Below, piece by piece: positions 28,637-38,274 of a stretch of DNA of 64,000 nt (the first letter of the stretch is position 1; each line of letters starts with the position of its first letter). The position numbers were made by a program, and so were the translations under genes. The notes under the pieces are model-generated. The model was given only the letters and a program-made list of their open reading frames with translations. It ran no database searches and was not told the DNA's origin. Source of the DNA: Rhodothermus sp. (lineage in GTDB: Bacteria > Bacteroidota > Rhodothermia > Rhodothermales > Rhodothermaceae); NCBI GenBank assembly GCA_026989375.1, contig JALSJJ010000074.1, positions 4,850-68,849 of the forward strand, read 5' to 3'.

Positions 28637-30661
28637 ATGAAAGCTGGACAACGGTTAGCATACATCGGCCTACTGGTACTGCTTGTGCTGCAGGCAGGGC
28701 CCGTACAGGCGCAGCGGGCGACCGATCTGGTACAGTGGCAGGCCCGGGCCCATCCGGCAACAGTGGCGCCGGGCGACTCGCTCTGGCTCTTCTTGGAAGC
28801 GACCATTGCAGAGGGGTGGAAGATGTATGCGCTCGACTCGCCGCCCCCCACGCGCGGCGTTCGGGTTCGCCTCGACTCGTTACCGGCCGGGATACAACAG
28901 GCAGGACCGCCACGCCAGCAGCCCCCCCGTGAAGGATATGATCCGTTTTTCGAACAGGTCGTTCGCTATTTCATGGATCGGGCCGTGCTGGCGGTACCGC
29001 TGGTTGTGATGCCGGACGCTACGTCTGGCCCACGTACGCTGATGGCTCGGGTCGAATTCACCATCTGCAACGATCGGATCTGCCTGCCTCCCACGGAGGT
29101 GCCCGTTGAGACGACCTTTCGCGTCGATCCACAGGCTCCTTCGACGGCTACCTTGCCACGCTTCGAACCGGCGGTACCTCCGATCGATCCGACGTCGCCT
29201 GCGCCAGCTACGGAAGATACACCCGTCCTGACAGAAGCTGCCACACAGGATCTGGCACGGGCGCGTTCCGGTGGACTCTGGGGGTTCCTGCTGCTGGCCA
29301 TAGGGGCTGGACTGGCAGCGCTGCTTACACCCTGCGTCTTTCCCATGATTCCCCTGACTGTTTCTTTCTTTACCCGACAGGGAGGGAGCCGGGCGCAGGC
29401 TGTCCGCATGGCGCTTGTCTATGGGCTGGCCATCGTGGCGACGTTTACCGGGCTGGGGGTGCTGACAGCCCTGCTCGTCGGTGCATCCGGAGCGCAGACT
29501 ATCGCAGCCAATCCCTGGATCAACCTTTTTATCGGGCTGGTTTTCATTCTGTTTGCGTTGTCGCTGCTCGGACTCTACGAACTGCGCCTGCCGTCGGGAC
29601 TGATCAACTACTTTAACCGCCAGAGCCAGACGCATGGCGGCTATCTGGGCGTGCTCTTCATGGGGCTGACCCTCACGCTTGTATCATTCTCCTGCACGGC
29701 TCCCTTCATAGGCGGCCTGCTGGCCGCTACGGCGCTGGGTGAATGGGGCTATCCCATACTGGGTATGGTAGCTTTCAGCCTGACGTTCGCGACGCCGTTT
29801 GTGCTGTTTGCGCTGTTCCCCCGGGCCCTGCAAGCCCTACCCCGGTCGGGTTCCTGGATGCAGACGATCAAGGTGATCCTGGGCTTTGTGGAGCTGGCGG
29901 CCGCCCTGAAGTTTCTCTCAAATGCGGACCTGGTATGGGGCTGGGGGATCCTTTCCCGGCCACTGGTGATTGCGCTGGTGGTCGTCCTGTTTTTCCTGAC
30001 CGGTCTCTACCTGATCGGTAAGCTACGTCTGCCGCATGAACCGCCCGTTGAAACCGTGGGAGTCGGACGGTTGCTGGTGGCTGTGCTGTTCTTTGGCCTG
30101 TCGCTCTACATGTTGCCCGGTCTGCTGGGGGCCCCTCTGGGCAATCTGGATGCGTATCTGCCGCCTCGTCGGGCTACGGATGTAGGGTTGGTGGCGCTAC
30201 TCCAGAGCAACGGTGGTGCCGGGAATACGGCAGAGCTGAGCTGGCATGAAGACCTGGAAGCAGCTCTGGCTGAAGCCCAGGCCACGGGACGTCCCGTGTT
30301 TATTGACTTTACAGGATACACCTGCACAAATTGCCGCCAGATGGAAGCCACGGTGTTTCCGCATCCGGAGGTGGCGCGGCGGTTGCAGGAAGACTTCGTG
30401 CGGCTTCGACTCTACACGGACGATGCATCGGTAGGGCCAGAATGGCAGCGCTACCAGCTCCAGTTGACCGGTACGGTGGCGCTGCCGACCTATGCTATTG
30501 TGCCTCCTGAGGGCAAACCCTTGCTGGCGCGGCATATGGGACTGGCCTCGGTGGAAGAGTTTGTAGCCTTTCTGGAAAAAGGACGGCAGGCGTTCAGACA
30601 GTGGCTGGCGGAAAAAGCCGGAGCGCGTAAGGCCTCTGAGACGACGGCTGCTCTGCGCTAA
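28637..30661 (+). CDS. dsbD: Protein-disulfide reductase DsbD family
   Basis: N-terminal ICNDRIC; TM domain LTPCVFPMIP and SFSCTAP; thioredoxin FTGYTCTNC. Confidence 0.92.
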   Translation: MKAGQRLAYIGLLVLLVLQAGPVQAQRATDLVQWQARAHPATVAPGDSLWLFLEATIAEGWKMYALDSPPPTRGVRVRLDSLPAGIQQAGPPRQQPPREGYDPFFEQVVRYFMDRAVLAVPLVVMPDATSGPRTLMARVEFTICNDRICLPPTEVPVETTFRVDPQAPSTATLPRFEPAVPPIDPTSPAPATEDTPVLTEAATQDLARARSGGLWGFLLLAIGAGLAALLTPCVFPMIPLTVSFFTRQGGSRAQAVRMALVYGLAIVATFTGLGVLTALLVGASGAQTIAANPWINLFIGLVFILFALSLLGLYELRLPSGLINYFNRQSQTHGGYLGVLFMGLTLTLVSFSCTAPFIGGLLAATALGEWGYPILGMVAFSLTFATPFVLFALFPRALQALPRSGSWMQTIKVILGFVELAAALKFLSNADLVWGWGILSRPLVIALVVVLFFLTGLYLIGKLRLPHEPPVETVGVGRLLVAVLFFGLSLYMLPGLLGAPLGNLDAYLPPRRATDVGLVALLQSNGGAGNTAELSWHEDLEAALAEAQATGRPVFIDFTGYTCTNCRQMEATVFPHPEVARRLQEDFVRLRLYTDDASVGPEWQRYQLQLTGTVALPTYAIVPPEGKPLLARHMGLASVEEFVAFLEKGRQAFRQWLAEKAGARKASETTAALR

Positions 30662-30673
30662 TCGCTTGAGATT

Positions 30674-31855
30674 ATGACAGCGCACCCTTTCGGGGTGGTT
30701 ACGCGACGGGCCTACTGGCTGATCGTGATCTTCGGGCTGGTCAGCCTGCTGGCTGATCTGACCTACGAGAGTGCCCGAAGTCTGATCGGGCCCTATCTGG
30801 GATGGCTGGGCGCGTCAGCCACTGCCGTAGGTGTCGTAGCAGGGGCTGGTGAGTTGGTCGGCTATGGACTCCGGCTGGTCAGTGGCTACCTGAGCGACCG
30901 GACACGGCGTTACTGGACGCTCACGCTGCTGGGCTATGCGATCAACCTGCTGGCCGTGCCCGCGCTGGCGCTGGCTGGTCGCTGGGAGGTAGCGGCTGCG
31001 CTGATTATCGCGGAGCGGGCAGGAAAAGCATTGCGCGCACCTGCACGTGATGTGTTGCTTTCGCATGCAACGGCTCAGGTGGGTCATGGTCGAGGATTCG
31101 GACTGCACGAAGCGCTGGACCAGATCGGGGCGATGGCCGGTCCCCTGCTAATGGCCGGCGTGCTGTGGCAGGGCGGGAGTTACCGAATCGCCTTCGCGCT
31201 GCTGTTGGTGCCCGCGCTACTGGCGCTATTGCTGCTTGGCGTGGCACGGCTACGCTATCCGCGCCCACAGGAGCTGGAGGCAACAGCGGCAACGCCTCCG
31301 GAAGATCCGGCCCTTCCGCGTACGTTCTGGATCTATCTGGTGGGTGCCGGATTGCTGGCAGCGGGCTATGCCGACTTTCCACTGATGGCCTTTCACTTTC
31401 GGGAAGCAGGGGTGCTGCCGGAAGCCTGGATTCCCCTGAGCTATGCCCTGGCAATGGGCGTCGATGCAGTAGCCGCACTGGGACTGGGTCGGCTGTTTGA
31501 TCGTTTCGGTCCCATTATACTGGCGCTGGTCGTGGCGCTGAGTGCAGCCTTTGTCCCGCTGGCATTTCTGGGAGGTGCCGTAGCAGTATGGGCAGCCATG
31601 GTGCTGTGGGGCATCGGCATGGGCGCCCAGGAGTCCATCCTGCGGGCTGCGCTGGCCCGAATGATCGGGCCGGGTCGGCGAGGCATAGCTTTCGGGTTAT
31701 TTCATGCCGTTTTCGGGGTGTGTTGGTTTGGAGGTAGCGCGTTGCTGGGCGTGCTTTATGATACCTCCATGCCGGCTCTGATCGTCGTAGCCGTAACGCT
31801 CCAGCTACTGGCCGCCCTGGTATGGGGCTGGATGAGCCGTCAACCGAAGCGGTAG
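30674..31855 (+). CDS. MFS transporter
   Basis: About 12 hydrophobic segments; GYLSDRTRR and RAGKALRAPARD motifs. Confidence 0.88.
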   Translation: MTAHPFGVVTRRAYWLIVIFGLVSLLADLTYESARSLIGPYLGWLGASATAVGVVAGAGELVGYGLRLVSGYLSDRTRRYWTLTLLGYAINLLAVPALALAGRWEVAAALIIAERAGKALRAPARDVLLSHATAQVGHGRGFGLHEALDQIGAMAGPLLMAGVLWQGGSYRIAFALLLVPALLALLLLGVARLRYPRPQELEATAATPPEDPALPRTFWIYLVGAGLLAAGYADFPLMAFHFREAGVLPEAWIPLSYALAMGVDAVAALGLGRLFDRFGPIILALVVALSAAFVPLAFLGGAVAVWAAMVLWGIGMGAQESILRAALARMIGPGRRGIAFGLFHAVFGVCWFGGSALLGVLYDTSMPALIVVAVTLQLLAALVWGWMSRQPKR

Positions 31856-32862
31856 TGGCTGCGGCGTAGTAGCATCAGGAAGAAGGGCACGCCACACAGA
31901 GCCGTTACAACGCCGACCGGCAATTCGACGCCTGGCAGCACCAGACGGGCAATCAGATCGGCCCAGATCAGAAAGATAGCGCCCAGCAGAAAGCTCAACG
32001 GCACCACCCGTCGGTGAGGAACGCCGGTCAGGGCGCGAACGACGTGGGGGATGATTAGCCCGACAAAGCCGATCGTGCCGGAAAAAGCGACGAGCGTACC
32101 GGTTACCAGGGCCGCTATGAAAATCAAAAGACGCTTGGCGCGCTCGACAGGGACGCCAAGCTGAGCAGCTGGCTCTTCACCCAGCAACAGCAGATCCATA
32201 GGCCGCGTGAGGGCCAGCATGCCAAGCAGGCCCAGCAGGGCAGCCAGGGCCGGAAGGGGTAACAGGGACCAGCGGGCACCACTAAAGGAGCCCAGCAACC
32301 AGAATAGCACAGCGCGGAGCTTGTCCGGGCTGGGCGAGGCGAACGTGATGAATGACGTGATGGAGGCCATCAATGCTGAGATCGCCACCCCACCCAGCAG
32401 CAGCCGCGTAATCGAAAGCAGGCCGTTCTGACGGGCTACCAGATAGACGAGCGTTAGCGCGAGCAGTGCTCCCAGAAAGGCTGCCAGAGGCATCGATAGC
32501 GTTCGCGACAGCAGGGGAGGCAGAAAACCCAGGTAGAAGAGCGAGGCCCCGACACTTGCACCGCTTGAAAGTCCGAGAATATAGGGTTCGGCCAGTGGAT
32601 TACGCACCAGTGCCTGCATGGCTACTCCCACGATAGCCAGCCCGCCACCGGTCAGGAGTGCCATCAACACCCGGGGCAGCCGAAGTTGCCAGACAATCCG
32701 TTCGGCCACCGGATCAGCCGTCACATCCGCCAACCGGCCAACTAGCGCGTGCAGCACAACATCCGGAGCCAGCGAAACGCTTCCCAGCGCTACCCCGGCC
32801 ACTACCGAGACGAGCAACAGACCAAACAGCCAGAAGCCCAGGGACAGCGTGCGCAGTTTCAT
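31840..32862 (-). CDS. FecCD/BtuC-family ABC permease
   Basis: LRLPRVL, QALVRNPLAEPYILGLSSGA, IGFVGLIIPH, ELPVGVVTALCG. Confidence 0.92.
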   Translation of the reverse strand: MKLRTLSLGFWLFGLLLVSVVAGVALGSVSLAPDVVLHALVGRLADVTADPVAERIVWQLRLPRVLMALLTGGGLAIVGVAMQALVRNPLAEPYILGLSSGASVGASLFYLGFLPPLLSRTLSMPLAAFLGALLALTLVYLVARQNGLLSITRLLLGGVAISALMASITSFITFASPSPDKLRAVLFWLLGSFSGARWSLLPLPALAALLGLLGMLALTRPMDLLLLGEEPAAQLGVPVERAKRLLIFIAALVTGTLVAFSGTIGFVGLIIPHVVRALTGVPHRRVVPLSFLLGAIFLIWADLIARLVLPGVELPVGVVTALCGVPFFLMLLRRSHYRFG

Positions 32863-33773
32863 GGCAGCTTGCGAGCCAGTGCTGGATGTAGGCATTGCAG
32901 CAGGGCTTCCAGACCATCCAATAGACGAGGGCCGGGACGCAAGATAAGCGAAGGTTCCATCCCGCAAATGCGTCGATGGCGAACGGCTGGCAACAAGTCC
33001 CAGGATGGATGTCGTTGTAGCAGTTGGTCTGGATTGTAGCTGGCACCGGCTGCCACCACAATCACCTCCGGCTGAAGCTGCAGGACCAGCTCATCGCTCA
33101 GCACAGGTGCCGGATTGGGAAGCGAGGCCGTCAGACTGACCCCGCCGGCACGGGCCACCAGGTCGTGCACGTAACTGCCCCGTCCGAAAGCGTAGAGTGT
33201 TGCATCGCTGATCAACACCAGCACAGAAGGGCGCTGTCGAAGGGTATCGACCACTGCAGCCAGTTGGGTGAGACGGGTATAGAGTGAATCAACGGTGCGA
33301 CGAGCGACCGACTCGGTTCCCAGCAGCATGCCGGTAGTCAGGATCGCTTCCAGTACATCCTCAAGCGAAGCGTAAGCGAAAAAATACACAGGCAGTCCCA
33401 ACGCCTCAAAGGTGGTTGCATCTCGCGGATTGTTCACCTGGTCGGTGGCCAGCACCAGGTCTGGTTGCAGCGCAACGATCGCCTCAAAATTGACCGGTAG
33501 CGCGCTGAAGCGAGGAAGTGTATCCACAGCCGGAGGATAGTCGTCAGCAGTCGTGACACCAACCAGCTTATGGCCAGCCCCGGCTGCAAAGACGATTTCG
33601 GTCAGGCTGGGGGCCAGCGTTACCACACGCTCTGGCACACGGGGTAGTGTGACCACACGCCCCAGGTCATCAGTAAAGGACAACGTGCCGTCAGTCGGTG
33701 CGGGTGAAGGACGGCAAGCGCTAAGCCAGACCAGTAGTAACAGCAATAGCAGCCGGCGTGAAAAAAGCCGCAT
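32859..33773 (-). CDS. BtuF-like substrate-binding lipoprotein (cobalamin or iron chelate)
   Basis: Lipobox LSAC; DDLGRVV..PERVVTLAPSLTEIV; LRPGPRL; ATGA overlap with the permease. Confidence 0.88.
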   Translation of the reverse strand: MRLFSRRLLLLLLLVWLSACRPSPAPTDGTLSFTDDLGRVVTLPRVPERVVTLAPSLTEIVFAAGAGHKLVGVTTADDYPPAVDTLPRFSALPVNFEAIVALQPDLVLATDQVNNPRDATTFEALGLPVYFFAYASLEDVLEAILTTGMLLGTESVARRTVDSLYTRLTQLAAVVDTLRQRPSVLVLISDATLYAFGRGSYVHDLVARAGGVSLTASLPNPAPVLSDELVLQLQPEVIVVAAGASYNPDQLLQRHPSWDLLPAVRHRRICGMEPSLILRPGPRLLDGLEALLQCLHPALARKLP

Positions 33774-34053
33774 CGTCCAAACGCACTTCGTGTGCTCGTA
33801 AGATAGAAACAGCTCGTGAAAACAGCCTGAACACTTGAAGAGTTTCGTTTTTACTTGGTAGCGACTGATCTGAAACGTGTGGATATAAACCGCTGGCAAA
33901 AAGAAACCATCAACTACAAACAGGTCCAGATGCGAAGCCAGGCGGCATGCACATTTCCTGAACGGAATCACTTCAGTTCGAAACTACTTGGCCGATACTA
34001 TAAGCTGCGGAGGTGCCTTCGTAGGAATTGTTACCAAGTTACCCCCCTGTCCT

Positions 34054-35445
34054 ATGGCAAAAGCCTGTGTGTTTGTGGTAGATGATGAGCCCAAGCTGGG
34101 CGAGCTGTTTGCCAATGTGCTCCGGCGGGACGGTTATGAGGTATATCCTTTTGTACACCCACAGGCCATGCTGGAAGCCATAGAGCATGGCCGACAGCCC
34201 GATGTGATACTGGCTGATCTGATGATGCCGGAAATCAACGGCATCGAATTGCTGGAAATTTTGCGAAAGCGCCGGTTGCACGTGCCCGTGATCATCATCA
34301 CCGCGCATTCGTCGGTGCAGACGGCTGTTGAGGCCATGCGGCGGGGCGCTTTTCACTATCTCCAGAAACCCGTCAATCTGGAAGAGATGCGCATGCTCCT
34401 CAAAAAGGCCCTGCACCGCCAGGAGCGCACGCCCATCTCGTCGGCTTCGCCAGATGAAGCCTCGGCTTATCCCATCGCAGGTATCCTGGGAGAAAGCGAG
34501 CCCATTCGTAAGGTACGCCAGACCATCGAAATGCTGCGAGATGTACCGGGTACAATCGTGTTGATTCGGGGTGAGACCGGTACCGGCAAGAATCTGGTGG
34601 CTCGTACCATCCATGCCAATTCCTGCTACAGTGGCGGACGCTTTGTGGAGATCAACTGCGCGGCGTTACCCGACAATCTGTTGGAAGCCGAGCTGTTCGG
34701 GTACGAAAAAGGCGCTTTCACGGATGCCCGCACTTCCAAGCCGGGGTTGCTCGAAGTGGCCGATGGGGGGACTGTGTTTCTGGACGAGATCGATTCGATG
34801 AGCCTGGCCCTGCAGGCCAAGCTGCTATCGTTTCTGGAAAGCAGGACCTTCCGGCGCCTGGGAGGGATCGACGATATTCAGGTTAACGTACGCATTCTGT
34901 GTGCTACCAACGTCAATCTGGAGCAACTGGTGGCTGAGCAAAAATTTCGGCCCGACCTTTTTTATCGCATCAATGTAGTCAATATCTATTTGCCAGCGTT
35001 GCGTGAGATGGGAAAGGATGTCCTGCTGATTGCCCGCCACTTCATTGAACAGTTCAACCGAGAGCTGGGACGGCAGGTCAAAGGGCTGACGCCCGAAGCT
35101 GAAAAGAAGCTGTTGAGCTATCACTGGCCCGGTAATGTGCGTGAGCTGCGTAACGTGCTGGAGCGGGCCATGATTTTCAACCGTAAAGCGTGGATCGACG
35201 CGGACGATCTGCACCTGCTTCCAGCAAACGCGGCTTCTGGAGCAGCGGTACCACCATCCAATGGCATCTTCTACTTCCCCAGTGGCAGCACCCTGGAAGA
35301 GCTGGAGAAAGCCTATATTCTGCACACCCTCAAACACTATAAGGCCACCTTCACGGAGGTGGCGCAGATGCTGGGCATTTCGAAAAAGACGCTCTGGGAG
35401 AAGCGCAAACGCTACAACCTGGACCGCGAGCTGGCCCGGTCCTGA
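34054..35445 (+). CDS. NtrC-family sigma54-dependent response regulator
   Basis: REC (VDDE, DLMMP, ITAH), GETGTGK, GAFTDA, FLDEI, WPGNVREL, C-terminal HTH. Confidence 0.93.
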   Translation: MAKACVFVVDDEPKLGELFANVLRRDGYEVYPFVHPQAMLEAIEHGRQPDVILADLMMPEINGIELLEILRKRRLHVPVIIITAHSSVQTAVEAMRRGAFHYLQKPVNLEEMRMLLKKALHRQERTPISSASPDEASAYPIAGILGESEPIRKVRQTIEMLRDVPGTIVLIRGETGTGKNLVARTIHANSCYSGGRFVEINCAALPDNLLEAELFGYEKGAFTDARTSKPGLLEVADGGTVFLDEIDSMSLALQAKLLSFLESRTFRRLGGIDDIQVNVRILCATNVNLEQLVAEQKFRPDLFYRINVVNIYLPALREMGKDVLLIARHFIEQFNRELGRQVKGLTPEAEKKLLSYHWPGNVRELRNVLERAMIFNRKAWIDADDLHLLPANAASGAAVPPSNGIFYFPSGSTLEELEKAYILHTLKHYKATFTEVAQMLGISKKTLWEKRKRYNLDRELARS

Positions 35446-35524
35446 TGCCTGGCCGGTGGGCAAGCATATCGATCAGGCTGCCAGGCGCTTGTCGTTACCG
35501 GAGGAATGCGGCCGGGTGTGTCAG

Positions 35525-37201
35525 TTACCTGGCGTAGGCAACCGAGCGCACTTCGCGGATTACCGTTACCTTGATCTGCCCTGGATACTGCATCTCCTGC
35601 TGAATTTTTTTGGAGATGTCCAGAGCCAACTGTTCGGCCTGCGCATCGGAGACCAGATCGTGGTTGACGATCACGCGCACCTCGCGTCCGGCCTGGATTG
35701 CATAGACGCGTTCGACGCCGGGGAAAGAGGCAGCCAGTGCCTCGAGCTTTTCCAGTCGCTTAATGTAGGCCTCCAGCGCTTCGCGGCGAGCGCCTGGGCG
35801 GGCTCCTGAGATGGCGTCGGCTGCCTGTACGATGGGCGCGATCAACGTGGTCATCTCGATTTCGTCGTGGTGAGCGCCCACCGCATTGCACACTTCGGGA
35901 TCCTCCTTGTATTTACGGCAGAGTTCCATACCCACCAGGGCATGGGGGCGGTCAATTTCTTCCTCGACCACCTTCCCGATGTCGTGCAGCAGGCCGGCGC
36001 GACGGGCCTTGTCGGCATCCAGTCCCAGTTCGGCAGCAATGAGCGAGGCGATACGTGCCGTTTCAATGGAATGGGCCAGAAGGTTCTGGCCATAGCTCGT
36101 GCGGTAACGCATCCGACCGATGAGCCGGATTAGCTCTGGATGCATGCCATGCAGGTTCAGATCGATGACAGTCCGCTCGCCAATCTCCAGGATCTCTTCT
36201 TCAATCTCAGCCGCTGCCTTCTCGACCACTTCTTCAATGCGGGCCGGGTGGATGCGGCCATCCTGGATCAACCTGGTCAATGCCAGTCGGGCAATTTCTC
36301 GACGGATGGGATTGAAGGCCGAAAGGATGACGGCCTCAGGGGTGTCGTCGACGATCACCTCGACGCCGGTGGCCGCCTCGAAGGCGCGGATGTTGCGGCC
36401 TTCGCGCCCGATGATCCGCCCCTTCATCTCATCCGATTGAATATTAACCACCGAAACGGTGTTTTCAATGGTATGGCTGGCAGCGGTTCGCTGAATGGCG
36501 GTCAGAATAATCTTACGCGCTTCGCGGTTGGCCTTCAGACGGGCTTCGTCGCGAATTTCTTTGATCATGGAAGCCGCTTCCAGTTTAGCCTCTTCGATCA
36601 ACTGTGCCATGAGCATTTCTTTGGCTTCCTGGCGCGACAGGCCCGCGAGCTGTTCCAGCCGACGCAACTGTTCATCAAGCGTCCGGTCCAGTTCAGCCTG
36701 TTTGGCCGCAAGTTCTTCCTGAAGCCGACTGACTTCCGTTTCCCGTTGCGTCAGCGCTTCCTGTTGGCGGCGCAATGCTTCCAGGAGGGCCTGCGCCTGC
36801 TGATATAGCGCTTCTGCCTGGCGGAAGTTGGCATCGGCTTCACGGCGTAGGGCCTCAATGGCTTCGGCTGCCTTGGCCAGCGCCTTTTCGCGTTCGTTGA
36901 CGCGTAGCGTGCGGCGGTTCAGGGCTTCCTGACGTTCGGCCAGGCGTTCCTGGGCCTGATGCAGGGCCCTGCGTGCCTCGGCACGTTCCTGCTCAAAGGC
37001 CTGACGTTCGCGTTGTAGGACAGCCTGTGCTTCTTCCAGGCGAGCCCGCTGCTGAGCCTCCGCTTTTGCCTCTGCTTCGGCCAGAATCTGCCGCGCCTGC
37101 TCACGGGCGGACTTCAGCGTGCGGGTTAGCAACCATCTATCCAGGGCAATGCCGGCACCAACAGCCAGAAGGGCAAGGCCGGCCATGAGTAGCAGGTCCA
37201 T
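35525..37201 (-). CDS. rny: Ribonuclease Y
   Basis: N-terminal TM anchor, coiled coil, KH ([12 protein letters not shown]), HD (LLHDIGK), [10 protein letters not shown]. Confidence 0.96.
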   Translation of the reverse strand: MDLLLMAGLALLAVGAGIALDRWLLTRTLKSAREQARQILAEAEAKAEAQQRARLEEAQAVLQRERQAFEQERAEARRALHQAQERLAERQEALNRRTLRVNEREKALAKAAEAIEALRREADANFRQAEALYQQAQALLEALRRQQEALTQRETEVSRLQEELAAKQAELDRTLDEQLRRLEQLAGLSRQEAKEMLMAQLIEEAKLEAASMIKEIRDEARLKANREARKIILTAIQRTAASHTIENTVSVVNIQSDEMKGRIIGREGRNIRAFEAATGVEVIVDDTPEAVILSAFNPIRREIARLALTRLIQDGRIHPARIEEVVEKAAAEIEEEILEIGERTVIDLNLHGMHPELIRLIGRMRYRTSYGQNLLAHSIETARIASLIAAELGLDADKARRAGLLHDIGKVVEEEIDRPHALVGMELCRKYKEDPEVCNAVGAHHDEIEMTTLIAPIVQAADAISGARPGARREALEAYIKRLEKLEALAASFPGVERVYAIQAGREVRVIVNHDLVSDAQAEQLALDISKKIQQEMQYPGQIKVTVIREVRSVAYAR

Positions 37202-37258
37202 AAGGTTGTACGGTCATCCAGGTTCGTGTCAGAGCCAACACAGGCATTAAGGAACATT

Positions 37259-37301
37259 AAAAAAGGACGCCCCGGCAGGTTCCGCAACCATGCCGGGGCG
37301 T
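37259..37301 (-). terminator. Putative intrinsic terminator between 6S RNA and rny
   Basis: Perfect 11-bp inverted repeat ACGCCCCGGCA(37267-77)/TGCCGGGGCGT(37291-301); minus strand continues CC-TTTTTT. Confidence 0.55.
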
Positions 37302-37319
37302 GGGAAATCCGGCTACAAA

Positions 37320-37509
37320 CCTGCAGTCCGGGTTCAAGGAACCCCCTCATCGACACAGTGGGTGCCGCTCCGACCGTTCCGACTTCCTCGGCCCCTTCCC
37401 TGAAGGAAGGAGATCCCGACACAGTCGGGACTGAGGCCTGTCGTCCGGGTCGGAAGGAAGGCTCCCTCGCGTATAAGTGTTAGGTCCCTTTATTACGCGT
37501 GACTGCAGG
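37320..37509 (-). ncRNA. ssrS: 6S RNA
   Basis: 190 nt closed by a 9-bp stem (CCTGCAGTC/GACTGCAGG); contains GGGAGCC, GAGCGGCACCCACTG and CCTTGAACC, which I recall from 6S RNAs; canonical position downstream of zapA. Confidence 0.75.
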
Positions 37510-37542
37510 CTTGCGCCGGCCTGCCAGATGCAGGCAGCGCCT

Positions 37543-37872
37543 TTATATGGCATCAGAGGCAGGCTGTTCCGGCAGGGTTGCAGCAGATTCCGGATGCTCC
37601 AACAGGGTCAGTAGCTCCTGGACAGTTTCACAAAGCGTTGCGTCCAGCGCGCGTAGCGTCTCGTGCGCTTCATGCAGCGCTTCAGCCAGCGAAAGCGCTA
37701 CAATTACAGCGGCCGTGAGTTCAGGCTGTTCCGGGTGGGCTGCCCGAAATGCCTGCATTTTTTCATCGACCACGGCGGCCAAGCGGTACATCAAAGCTTC
37801 ATCTGCAGGACGTACCCGGAGCGGGTACTTACGCCCCATGATGGTAACCTGTATGGACTTTTCCAGGGCCAT
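37543..37872 (-). CDS. zapA: Cell division protein ZapA
   Basis: IQVTIMGRKYPL...LAAVVDEKM...AAVIVALSLA; pheT-X-zapA-rny synteny. Confidence 0.88.
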   Translation of the reverse strand: MALEKSIQVTIMGRKYPLRVRPADEALMYRLAAVVDEKMQAFRAAHPEQPELTAAVIVALSLAEALHEAHETLRALDATLCETVQELLTLLEHPESAATLPEQPASDAI

Positions 37873-37887
37873 GGTCAGGCATGTGGA

Positions 37888-38235
37888 TCAGGAGGAGGCC
37901 GTTGGGGGTGAGCCTGCCGTACCAAGGTCCTGCTCCAGGTAGTAATCGACGGCTTCGATGAACGTCTGCACTTTCTGACGCAGCACTTCTGGATGCTCCG
38001 GAAAGACAATACGGGTGCCGCTGCCACCCGGTGGTAGGGCCGGCATTTCAGCGGCCAGGGCGCTGAGCTGCTCACGCAGCAACTGTTGCGCTTCGCGCAG
38101 ATGAGCCAGCTCATGGGCCGTAGCGACCACACGATCCCGCAGTTGTTCCAGCGCTTCCAGACTACGTAGATGAACCGGACCTGTGCGGTGCGGCCGCCGA
38201 TGACGGCGGGACTTTTTGTTTTTCCGGTTACCCAT
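37888..38235 (-). CDS. Coiled-coil protein at the ZapB position
   Basis: Basic N-terminus then heptad-like LEALEQLRDRV..ELAHLREAQQLL; lies between pheT and zapA. Confidence 0.6.
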   Translation of the reverse strand: MGNRKNKKSRRHRRPHRTGPVHLRSLEALEQLRDRVVATAHELAHLREAQQLLREQLSALAAEMPALPPGGSGTRIVFPEHPEVLRQKVQTFIEAVDYYLEQDLGTAGSPPTASS

Positions 38236-38274
38236 GATTGTGTTTTGTTTCCGTGCCTGCAACAATATACGACC

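Noticed and set aside
33774-34053. Cobalamin riboswitch upstream of the BtuF-like gene
   Set aside because: No GGGAA / GCCACTG / B12-box motifs on the minus strand.
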